Shown here piece after piece: positions 53,134 through 64,000 of a stretch of DNA of 64,000 nt (position 1 is its first letter; every line of letters begins with the position of its first letter). The stretch is from Botryllus schlosseri. Taxonomy: Eukaryota. A program made the translations under genes and the position numbers. The notes beneath the pieces are model-generated. The model did no database searches, was not told the origin of the DNA, and saw only the letters and a program-made list of their open reading frames with translations. The stretch lies in NCBI GenBank assembly GCA_051294905.1, contig CM119383.1, forward strand, positions 13,206,001 through 13,270,000, written 5' to 3'.

Positions 53134-53251
53134 CAATGTTTCCTCTAATTTTTGACGAGTCTGAGCACACTCATCAACTTAGATTTTCTGCACGCAGAGA
53201 CCGGGTCAGCACTGCGCATTTGCTCACACGAGCAGCTTAGAGGGAACATTG
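53134..53251. mobile_element. 118-bp hAT mini-MITE
   Basis: TIR CAATGTT(T/C)CCTCTAA; TSD GTGGCGAC/GTGGCGAG. Confidence 0.8.
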
Positions 53252-53413
53252 GTGGCGAGTCGAGTCATTCGAGTCGGTTTCGAATAACCTATTGAAATCG
53301 CCATTCCTGGGAATCATAATAATAAAATATAAGGGCCTGAAACCGAATAAAGATATGTTTCAAAGTAGCAAGACAGACATTCACTCAATGATCGCGTGAA
53401 ATAATTGTTTCAG

Positions 53414-53592
53414 ATTATGGACTGGATCACCGAAGTACAATAGTAAGCCAACAAATGCAAGCGCCAGTGAAGGAGCCGTTTTCGCTTGTGAGTTATCGCC
53501 GCGATCTCAAGATGGTACCGACGTCTCACATCAATGTCAAAAGCTCCATCTCAGCACAACGCCCCCAGCAAGTTCCTTGAATGACACTGACG
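53414..53592 (+). CDS. Integrin alpha exon 2 (rest of FG-GAP repeat 1)
   Basis: TTTCAG| acceptor, phase 2 matching exon 1. LWTGSPK...EGAVFAC...C..L corresponds to LLVGAP...G.V..C....C. Donor G|GTAATC, phase 1. Confidence 0.88.
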
Positions 53593-55871
53593 GTAATCTT
53601 GCCTCCTCCAATATTCTATTTTCGAATAGAGTGAGGCCTTCCCCAAATGCCGCATGCTTTAACGACGCCGCGGGCCGCAGCATTTATAGGGATATTCTAT
53701 GTCTTTCCAAGTAGGACTTATTTGGCGGGAATGAATTGTCCTATTGAAAGTGAGCCGATCCAGCAGACTGACAGTAAACACACATCGTCAAAATGTGATT
53801 TACTCTTGTATCAATTTAAGCCTGGCACGAAAAGAATCATCACATTTACAGCTATTTGAATAGAATTGTTGTTGTACTTGATATATATTAATTATAAGAT
53901 ATAGACACCATATGGGCGGACTAATGTATGATGCCATCATAAAAGCTATCGGATTATAATTTTGCAGCTTGAATTCAACAGATTGATAATCGAGACTGAT
54001 CTGATATCAAAACATTTTTAAGTTGAGCATTGTAATTTCAGTCCAGGATCCGGATATACTTCCGATAAGTAGGCTATTAATCTCATGGTCAAGCATCTTC
54101 AAATATAGGAGCTGAAAAAATATAAATATAATGTAAATATATTAATGAATGTGTCCTAGTGATTGAAATGTCGGAATGCCGAACGACCCATTGTTGTTAC
54201 ATCGTTGGAGCGTACCAATACGGTACTCGGTACCTTTAAGTGGCCTTAATAACATGGTTTAGCGACCAAAGATGTAACTAACAGATTGCCAATGGTTGCC
54301 ATAACTACGTGTTTAGTTAGCGAAATACCAAGCTGCAACCTTCTGATCTATTAGTATTCTCCTGATACGCGATTAGTTTGTTCCGTCCGTGGTTCAAACA
54401 AATTCACGGCATTCCGAGTCCACTCGAGTCATTTTCATTTTGCCATCGAGTTAGCCCGAGTCTGAATAATTCTAAGAAAGGTCGCGTCCAAGTCCCACTC
54501 ACAAATTTCAGTCACGAATCGTCTAAGGGTCAGGTTTTGTCATCATGAATTGGAAATGTGGCGAAATAGTGAAACTTCCAATGCATAGTAGCGTTTGCAA
54601 TTGATGTGATAGTGAAGTTTGATGAATAGTTTCAGGCTTTCGGCACAATTTAAGAGTGAATTTTCACTTTATAAGCTGAAAAGATATATGTGACACTTAT
54701 ATATTGTCAAATTAATAAAAATATAAAATGTCGTCGCGGGCCGCGTGTTTGAGACCTCTGCTTTAAGGAATTAATACTTTGATAGCTAAGATCATTCACT
54801 CTCAGTCTCTCATATTACGCTTGGAAATCAGAACTGAAGTTTTGCTCCTGAATTTCTATCTTCAATGCGGCATGTAGGCGGTATATATGCCGCATGTATA
54901 TTAAAATAGTGACATCACACACATGGTAATTTCCATTTGTGTTCGCGGATTTATATCACCCGCATGTTTGTTGATATGCTCATTACTCACCGTCATTAAT
55001 ATAGTTAGTTTCTATTGGCGCTGTTATATATGGGCTTTTACAAAGATATCCCGTGAAATCCAATCCATATTACCTGCATATTATGATCACTGACCAGTAA
55101 GCAGTGATTAGGGCTGTTCAAAAATACCTTTTTTTCAAATTTTACTGGCTACTTGATGAAGCTGTAAGGTTACCTTAAAATACAACTCACACCAATTTTT
55201 GCTCAATTCCAATCACTACAAGCGAAGATATTGGAGTACAAAATTTTGGATTTATTAAATATAAATAAATGTAAAAATTTTTCAAATTTTAGTGGCTACA
55301 ATGCAAAACAAATTTGGGGTATCTTGTACTGGCATCCACCTCGACCTAGCGCTCGATGTCACAGTCTTCTTCCATGTTATTCTTTCTTCGTCGGTCCTTT
55401 TTGGAAGCTATTTCTTGCTTCACACAGTATGAGTTATGAGATAGGTCTGATCGATACGACCTTTGATGTCAACTATTCCGATCACGTCAGCATCAGACAA
55501 GTACAGTGTCTATGTCTATACGTGATTAGGTTGTTGCGATGGAATCGCAGCGCTTATCACCAGGGTTGTAATAACTCGACTCGAGTCGAGATTTTGTGGT
55601 GACTCGATTTGACTCGAGTCAGTATGAAATGAATACTGTTGAGTCAATTTAAGTATTGGCCCGACTTGTACTCGAGTGATTGTGCATCACTCAAACCAAG
55701 TCATATGACTCGAGACTCGGATGGCCAGGACAGACATTTCATTGTAACTTCGAAGAATAGTAAAATGTGATTATTGGTATTTCGTTTATCATTCTACGGC
55801 CTAGCCAGACAGGACGCGTATAGCCTAAAGCGTAGCAGTTTGCGCACTGCAAGCGTATTACCTAAAGCGTA

Positions 55872-56147
55872 GTGGCGAGATAGCGCAGTGGTATAATCCG
55901 CAGCTGCAACACCAATGGGTGCGGGTTCGAGTCCGACCGAGGTCGACATACGAATTCCGATACCTATGTGTTGGAGGTTTACCTAGGCTCCTCCTCGCCA
56001 CCTCATCCGCGTCAGCGGTGTCTTACAAAAGCCTAGAGGTGGGCCGTGCTATCAGTCGGCAGCTACGGAAAATAAGAAGAATATCGGCCTGGTGTAAATG
56101 ACCATAGTAGTCGACAAACACCATGAATACCCCAAAACAAATAAACC
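55872..56147 (+). mobile_element. tRNA-derived SINE
   Basis: High identity to 20780-21026 with two small insertions. Confidence 0.85.
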
Positions 56148-56261
56148 TTAAGAGTAGCAGCAGTTTTTTGCTTCCCGCTTCATTGGTGTGAATGGGACCG
56201 TCAGCGTTTTCGCTGATCGATCAAAATATTGCTGCGATCAAAACATTGTTGACTGACTGAC

Positions 56262-57030
56262 TGACATTATGGCTGAGGTGTGTTCGGCCTGTGTTGTCAT
56301 TCGTACATGGTATCTGGGGTGTGTTCGGACTGTGTTTACACCCGGACATCGTGTCTGGGGTGTGTTCCGCCGGTGCTGCCATTCGAACATGGTGTCTGAG
56401 GTGTGTTCGGCCTGTGTTGCCATTCAGACATGGTGTCTGGGGTGTGTTGACACTCGGACATCGTGTCTGAGGCGTGTTCGGACATCATGTCTGGGGTGTG
56501 TTCGGCCGGTGCTGCTATTCGGACATGGTGTCGGCGGTGTGTTGGGACTGTGTTGACAGTCGGACATCGTGTTTGGGGCGTGTTTGGACATCATGTCTGG
56601 GGTGTGTTCGGCCGGTGCTGCTATTCGGTCATGGTGTCTGAGGTGTGTTCGGACTGTGTTGACAGTCGGACATGTGTCTGGGGAATGTTCGGACATCATG
56701 TATGGAGTGTGTTCGGCATGTGCTGCCATTCGGACATGGTGTCCGAGGTGTGTTCAGCCTGTTTTGCCATTCAGACATGGTGTCTGGGGTGTGTTGACAC
56801 TTGGACATCGTGTCTGGGGCGTGTTCGGACATCATGTCTGGGGTGTGTTTGGCCTGTGCTGTCATTCGAATATGGTGTCTGGGGTGTGTTCGGGCATCGT
56901 GTATGGGGTGTGTTCGGCATGTGCTGCCATCCAACATGTGTCTGGGGTGTGTTCGGACTGTGTTGACATTCGAACATCTTGTCTGGGGCGTCTTCGGACA
57001 TCATGTCTGGGATGTGTTTGGACTGGGTTA
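56262..57030. repeat. Composite minisatellite of 24-bp and 17-bp TCGG-initiated monomers
   Basis: TCGGACATCRTGTCTGGGGTGTGT (24 bp) interleaved with TCGGCCTGTGCTGCCAT or TCGGACTGTGTTGACAG (17 bp). Confidence 0.9.
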
Positions 57031-57065
57031 CCGCTGGGATATCGTGCCTTGGATATGTTGATACT

Positions 57066-57185
57066 GCAACTGACCTTATTTGATTTCAAAAATGAGACTG
57101 ACCTTATTTCAAACATGACTATCCTCATTTCAAACATGAGACTGACCTTATTTCAAACAAATCTGACCTTATTTCAAACAAATCG
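57066..57185. repeat. Short tandem array of ~20-24 bp CTGACCTTATTTCAAAC units
   Basis: About 5 copies visible. Confidence 0.8.
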
Positions 57186-57298
57186 AACCAACCCTCCTCA
57201 ATATACCAACATATCTGGTGTCGTGATTGCCGACCATCTCATATGAATTGACAATGATAATACATCTTTTCCTTTCCACACTGTTGCATATTTTTCAG

Positions 57299-57416
57299 CT
57301 TTGGATCCAAACGAATCGTTACCGCAGATCGCTTTCAAATGCAGTTTCGAAGAGGATATGTGCGGCTTTAAATCATATCATACAAGAGCTTGGATAAGAA
57401 AGGACGAATATAAGGC
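57299..57416 (+). CDS. MAM-domain N-terminal exon (putative integrin exon 3)
   Basis: TTTTTCAG| acceptor, phase 1 matching exon 2. FKCSFEEDMCGF......WIR fits the MAM C.FE..CG....W.R motif. Donor GTGGGT (57417) or GTAACT (57421). Confidence 0.75.
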
Positions 57417-57708
57417 GTGGGTAACTCTCTGTTTCTAACAAGAACCATCTGTAATCTATTCATTACTTGCTGTATGTGGTTAGATTTCTGCAATCTTAGC
57501 CAACACTATGCTCACACCATAGGCAGCACAGCACAGCTACTTGTGCAATGCCTCACATCCTACGCAGTAGTGCAGTGCATTCATATTGATTATATGGTAT
57601 TGGCACAAAGGTCTTGTGGTAAGTACAGTCAATGGACACTTGGTGGATACAATATGTAGCACTCTTCCTTATTGTGTGCACATAGGTCAAATTACTGAAT
57701 GTCTAGAG

Positions 57709-58502
57709 CAGTGGTTCTAAACGGGAGTCTGCGAAGCATTTTCAGGGGGTCCGCGAAGCCTCTAAATTTACAAAATGATTGACAACTGTATGTTTATTTC
57801 CTTTTTAAAATAGAGAGAAATGATGAAGCAATTTTGCTTCATTACTGCAACAGCTTCATGACTCACATCAACAGAATGACCGTCTGAGATGAAATATCCT
57901 ACTGTGCAAACTCATTTTAATTGTCAAATCGCAAATAGCCAACTGATACAAACATATTGCAGTTTAGAGATGTTTTGTTGGGGTTTGTGGAAAAAATAAA
58001 AAGTTGGAATAGTCAGGTCAATGCTTGCAAAAATCCATTTTTTATGTGATATACCATAACCACTATTCCAGAACAACTTCGAGATGAACTGCTAGATAGA
58101 AATGACTAGGATGGACGTTATATGTTCAATAAAAAATCAGTGTCTCACTTTTAGCGGCATATCCAAGGGGGTCGTCGGAAGCGTTGCCCGTTTTATATCA
58201 TTCGCCACCACCTATCTTTGTGAAAATAAATTTTCGGCACTCGTTCATATCAAATCGAAGGTGCGGATTTTCAAGACACGACCACATATTTCAATAGATG
58301 CTGCTCTACTCTCCACCCAATTTCCACATAAATGGTGTGATGTTATTTTCAAGAATAGATGCTGTTTGTCACTAGCCTACAATTAATATTCGCAAAACAT
58401 AGATGACGGTTGCACGATTATTGTACTAAATTTAAACTAAAACTTGGGGGTCCTTGACGGTCCAAAGGTGGTCCGAAAAGACAAAAAGGTTGAGAATGAC
58501 TG
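57709..58502 (+). mobile_element. Charlie/Buster hAT deletion derivative with transposase remnant
   Basis: TIR CAGTGGTTCT, exact TSD GTCTAGAG. FATTYLCENKFSALVHIKSKVR matches the hAT C-terminal dimerisation motif. Confidence 0.9.
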
Positions 58503-59696
58503 GTCTAGAGCTATGTTGCATCAATAAAGTATATCTGAAAAGAACTGATACTGTTGATACCTTGATAATTTACAGTAGTAGGTGGTCCTCGAGGCTGCCC
58601 TTTGGCGGGCCGATCAACTTTATAATTAGTATGCCCCGATTATTCATTCAGAAACAGGAAGATTGATTTTGTGTATGCACTTGGCTTTATGTCTTGCGCA
58701 AAGCGCTTCCACTTATTTGTCACTCAGACCGTTTCATTTGAATGACATAACCTACTAATTAAAAATGTGTTTGATGCCATTTGGTAATGGTTGGAAGCCA
58801 CATATAGGAGTCCAGTTGAAAATTTGTAAATTTAATTCCGTTAGTAGGGTATATTCCTTTATTTAGTTTGACAAGGTAAGCATTTGTAGTACACTGGATA
58901 ACTGAAACATTGCACTGAGATGCTGCTCTGTAGAAACATTACATGTCTGTTTGCTAAGTATATTGATGATGTTCGTAACAAACGTTTAATACTGGTATCG
59001 TGTTATGCTGGCAGAGAACATTAATTACGTACTTAACTCAAATAGAGTTTTGAAATAAAACACTCAAGTATTAAAGTGGTTCTTCTATTTATCATTCTTT
59101 TGATCGGTTTTGTTCACTCAACTTTGCTGCTTCTTAGGTGTGCAAGCATCAATTAAAACATTATTCCATTTCCATATCAATGCTGATTCTTAAAAACCGC
59201 ACACTATGTAGATTTACTATCCATAGTCTCTATTCGGATTACTGTTCCTGTACATTTCCACCACCTCTACTCGTTCACATTTTTACAGCATTTACTTGTT
59301 ATCCTTTCCACATTTACCATAATTAGAAACACTCAATTCGAATTGTATTAGAAAGGAATTCTACAGTTGGACTAGTAACATCTAGGGACCAATTCGACAC
59401 CGTCCCACACCCAATCCCTTACAAACAATGGTATATCAAGCTTTCACAATATGAAATTCCTATTCAACTTAATAGTATTTGAGACAGGGGTCTCAAACAC
59501 ACGGCCCGAGAATGATTTGTGCGGCGCGCTTCGGCATTTTGGGTTTTCGAGTATTCGACAATATTTAACTGCCAATTTTTTTTTTCAAATTTGAGAACTT
59601 GAAACTCTAAAACTACTCCAAAAACCTGGAACTACTAATCAAACTTCAATATCACATACCTTTCAAAAGGTCAGCTAATATTATGTCTTATTACCG

Positions 59697-60075
59697 GGGC
59701 AAGTTTTTGTTGCAATTAAATCCGCGGAAAGTTGCATTTATTTATTTATTTTTGACAAAAGTTGCACTAAAAGACCACATTTCGCTCGATTGACCAAAAA
59801 AAAAGGTCAATATACCGGCTCAGCTCCCGAAATACCCGTACTTCGGTGCTGATTTACGGTGTTTCAGTCGAATTTGGCCGTGTATTTCACCAAAACCGAA
59901 AATACTTTCATGAAAAATCGAAAAAGTTGCAAAGAGTTGCATGAAACAAATGGACAAAAGTTGCACTATAAGATTCCTTCAAACAGCTTCAAACAGCATT
60001 CTACATATCTTACGAGTATTTAGGAAGCTGCCGGAAGCTGTAAAAAAAAGTTGCAAAAGTTGCAAAAACTTGCCC
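59697..60075. mobile_element. GGGCAAG-TIR MITE, short copy
   Basis: TIRs and homology to 9724 and 35217. Confidence 0.6.
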
Positions 60076-60102
60076 TACTTATTACCTATTCATGATGATA
60101 AA

Positions 60103-62327
60103 CAGTGGTTCTTGACTTTTTTCCTCCAGCGCCCCTTTTCAAAAATTGCCGTGCTCTAGCGCCCCCCAACCCATATTTTAAGGACTGTAATAAAAACAAT
60201 GGGTAAGAAGCAGGGCCGTAACAGCACTTCGTCAGCCCCCCTCCAAAATAAAAGTTGATCTTGGGGTCCCTCCATAAGGTGCTAAACTAAACTTCTGGGG
60301 GGCTTCACCCTCAAGACCCCCGGTCGCGAGATTTCGATAGTAAGCAAAGTTTATGTGGCCTGGTCGCGCAAGGCGGGAAAATTTTCTGTGATTCATGAAT
60401 GAATCGGTCAAGAATATTGATAATTGCATATATATACATTGCTATAAATTTTATATCTCCCACATAATCAAATTTACCAATAGCGCTGAGTGAGTTGTTG
60501 TCTTGGAAAACGTAGGCCACGTAATTAATAATGAAACATATTTGGACGGGCCCGTTGGTACAATTACGTCGTTATATGTTGTTATTTTGTGACCTCCACT
60601 GCTATATAGTCAAAAGATATTGAAATGTCCTAAACGTACCGCACTAAAAGAAGCACACGATTCAAAATTGGTATTTCTTCACTGAAAAATGGTTTTTCTT
60701 TGAACGGATGTTATTTGTTCTGTGTGGTTCAGATTGCCACGACAGGATAATTTGGCACGAGCCGTTCAAGCACCTATAGACAATTAGACATATTTATATC
60801 AAACTTTACGGTTAACATAAGGGCAATCCGTTTCGGCTAAGATTTTCGTGCTTCAATCACGCCCGAGGACCACTCGACTAGTAAACGATATAACAGTTGT
60901 ATGTGCTATAATCGGGGTCAACTCAAGGTTGTTATAACAACCATAGGGTGCACACTCATACTCATACCATGTGGTTCAAACCAGATGTATACACATCCCG
61001 AATTCACATCTACGATTGGCAATACCAGAAAATAAATTGTATTGGGTTTTGTTTTAGTGCTTTGTGTAACTAGTAAATCAACTGAGAATGTCAAGGGTGA
61101 TATCTCCTCAATTGAATTTGGTACTGCACCCAGTTATTAATTTTACTATGAATGTGTTCCAAATAAAGCGACTCATATTATGAAACAATCATGTGAGGTT
61201 GTAGACCACAACACTAAATAGTGTCATCCTTTATGATACGATGACCAAATATTCTGAAGATTAAATTTTGCAGCTCTCAAATACAAGTATAGTTAGTTAA
61301 TCATTTTGTCCACAAATCTTTTAATTATATTTAATGTACAAGGGGCTCTCACTATCAAAAGTGAGACACAGTGCCTTTTTCTTCGATTTCCACACACTGT
61401 GCGCTGCAGGATACAATATACCTATTTCGAAACATGTTGTTGAGAATAACCCTAGCAAGCGTGACGGCAGTGTTTTAATGGCAAATTCGCGATCTAAAAG
61501 TACGCTCAATTATTTACATCAATTATAATAAGCATCTACACTACATTTATGAAAACATAGGTAGTAAAAGTCGTCACGGAGCGCGACCAAAAATTTCGAG
61601 ATTTGGTAATTTGCACTGAAAACTTATTAATGGTATGTCCTACCACTACACCATCTACTGCGAAGCTGGGTTGTAATGACTCGGGTCACGATTTTTTGAT
61701 GACTCGACTTGACTCGAGTCATTTTCTCAAAATACGGAAATGACTCGACTCGAGTTAATTTGTGTATTGACTCGAATTGGACTCGAGTCATTGCGCATGA
61801 CTCGAACCAAGTCATATGACTCGAGATTCAGCCGGCCAAGACCGACATTTCATTGAAATTTCGAAGAACAGTAAAGTAACCACTCTATTGGGATTACGTC
61901 TATTGATACTGGTACTTGAAAGTGCGACCAGAAACTGTTAAAAGTGAGGAAAATTAGTATATTATAAATGCGAACCAAGACTTTAACTGGAAACTGAGCA
62001 GTCAACACAATGACTTGGACTCGGAATCGAGTCATAATACCATGACTCGGACTCGAACCTCTGCTCGATGACTTGGACTCGGACTTGACTCGGTGGTGAA
62101 TTGAAAATGACTCGACTTGACTCGAGTCAAAACCGTAAAAGTGAGAATGACTTGTGACTCGGAGCTTTGTGAATTGGTTACAACCCTGCTGCGAAGCCAT
62201 TTTTCTTCAGCGCCCCCATACAGCCCCCTGAGCCTAGCGCCCCCCATATCGCCCCCTGATCGTTTCCGCCTCCTTCAAAATCCAAATCGTCCCTTGGGGG
62301 GCGCTGGAGGCAAGGTTAAAAACCACT
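60103..62327. mobile_element. Middle hAT MITE of the nest
   Basis: TIR CAGTGGTT (terminal G lost on the right); exact TSD ATGATAAA. Confidence 0.75.
61666..62188 (-). mobile_element. Inner GACTCGAGTC hAT MITE
   Basis: Reverse complement of 14657-15214; exact TSD CTGCGAAG. Confidence 0.9.
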
Positions 62328-63052
62328 ATGATAAAACATGACCCAAGTGAACAAATCTCGGGTCAAACATTAAAATCTGAAAAGGACTTGTGACACGAAA
62401 CGCCCGCTATTAGTACAAACACGAAGAGCTTCTTGGCGGTACAAAACTTCAATATTCAATTAAATCTAACACTCATATAATTTGACTTTGGCAATGACAT
62501 GATCATTAATTTTGATCAATAACCTAGTTATCAGGAGTATGTCGAAAGCTCGGATTAGGCTACACGGCTTGAATGCTCTGATATCAGATCAATCTTTGTT
62601 AAATTCTAAAATATTCTACCCATAATTGTGACATGTCAAATGTCTGCCAACTTCAAAATTATAACGCGATAGCTTTTACGATATTGTTATGCATTTGTCC
62701 TCTTGCATGGTGTCTATACCACATTATTTTGACTAATTATGCCAAGTACAACATAAATTTGTTCAAATATTTAAAATGCTTTTTTTTTCGTGCCAGGCAT
62801 GAATATTACAATAGTAAATCAAATTTCCACGATGTGTGTGGAATGACAGTCTGCAAGGTTTTGTTAAATAATACGTACTTGGAAATACATGGAATAACCG
62901 TATTGTTGATGCTGCGGCCCGCGGCGTCATCTAAAACTGGGAAATTGGCCCGCGAGCACATTTGAGTTTGAGACCCCTGATTTAGGATTACAAATTCTAG
63001 TATGCCACAATTTAATTATGTGCATTAAGAGATGATGTATTTATTTTTATAG

Positions 63053-63168
63053 ACTCCGCAGGGGACCGAACAAACGCAACCATCGAGGCCGTGTTCGATT
63101 GAGATGCACTCCAGACATAAGCCCGGGATTAGTACTCTCTGGTCCAAAAACTCTAAATGGATTTAGTG
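63053..63168 (+). CDS. Putative exon 4 (continuation of the MAM domain)
   Basis: TTTTTATAG| acceptor and G|GTAATG donor; only the phase 2-to-1 frame is open to the donor. GPNKRNHRG resembles MAM GP..DHT.G. Confidence 0.55.
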
Positions 63169-64000
63169 GTAATGTTATTTTAAAGTTTTCTTGTTGAAAG
63201 GAGAATACTGTTTTATCATCAATATATTATGCCTGTATCTGCATTTATCAAAATGTTTTCATAAGTAACAATCCAAATAGACTTTTCTGTAATTATGGCG
63301 GTTTTCATGTTCACAGTAAACATCACGCCATTGAAAACGATTGAATATATTCCCATTTTTTATTCCATTTATTTCAGATAACATTGCTATGTTTTAAGGC
63401 ACAATATGAAGCATCTGAATAACATAAGCTTGTCAATGTTTTTAATATTGAAGTTATGACTGCTGGTAGTTCAGTAAATACTTTCTGACAGCAGTCAGCC
63501 ATGATACCAATCAAGCATGCAAATGCTAAAATGTGGTAGACTGTGTCATATGATTGGCTATTTCTTTAAAGTGTACTGCGACACCAACCGAATGCGTTGT
63601 ATTAAACAGCGAAGATACAAGAAGCGAACCATTTCAACGCGCCTTGCGTTATCAATTAAATGTATTTCTACTTTAGTTATGGCCCCACAAATGACGCCGA
63701 AATGGAGGCAAACATTTAGTAGCCAAATTCCACCCTGGTAGTTGGCTTTGACATATTTCGCTACCGGTTTCATAAAATGATTCATTTACATATTTGAGCT
63801 CATATTTTGCATTCTAAATATTTACAATTGAATGTGAGACTACCTCTGGATTGTCTGAAAACAGACAGTCAGTGCTAATCTGTAACGCCGGCAAAATACT
63901 AATGTCCGGAACTTTGGACCGCACCTAGTATGAGAAGTGTATCTGAATACTACTCCATCTCTGAGACTGCTCATTGTCAGTTTGGTCACATCATAATGAG

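Larger units (their letters stand above)
59485..62979. mobile_element. Outer hAT element hosting nested insertions
   Basis: TIR CAGGGGTCTCAAAC at both ends; TSD ATTTGAGA/ATTTAGGA (6/8). Confidence 0.6.

Noticed and set aside
56262-57030. CRISPR-like repeat/spacer pattern
   Set aside because: The interleaved units are themselves repeated rather than unique spacers, there are no cas genes, and the context is eukaryotic.
56238-57246. Cys-rich ORFs up to 225 aa
   Set aside because: They are open in several frames on both strands because the minisatellite lacks stops. The 17-bp monomers shift frame, and I saw no splice or start support.
59367-59430. Candidate integrin exon (GLVTSRDQFDTVPHPIPYKQW)
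   Set aside because: It needs a phase-1 upstream donor, and joining it to 63053 creates TGA.
60840-60880. PEDHST as the MAM DHT motif exon
   Set aside because: It lies in sequence homologous to the 36490-37740 MITE, and the phase does not fit either donor.
63558-63785. Nested antisense ORF of 75 aa
   Set aside because: No recognisable motif; length is within chance.

Overview
AT-rich, intron-containing animal DNA. A tunicate or other marine invertebrate is my inference from the integrin, the lectin, short 58-78 nt introns and hAT MITE density; it is not proven. Two head-to-head genes were reconstructed by hand from splice sites and phases. (1) A large minus-strand mosaic gene starts at ATG 23595 and runs off the left edge: signal peptide, unassigned N-terminal region, C-type lectin, unassigned region, CUB-like fragment, LamG/pentraxin-like region, then several tandem CARDB-like Ig folds. 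(2) A plus-strand integrin alpha gene starts at ATG 39779 and runs off the right edge. Its first FG-GAP exons appear to splice in phase into a MAM-domain exon, an architecture I do not recognise and the top lead here. Non-coding space is full of transposons: a very young gag-only LTR element (3888-7520, 551 bp LTRs with 1 mismatch, GTCTG TSD), an interrupted RTE-like LINE, three tRNA-derived SINE copies, more than 15 hAT MITEs with 8-bp TSDs (several nested), a pogo-like MITE, foldbacks and a composite minisatellite. Exon joins are unverified without transcripts.
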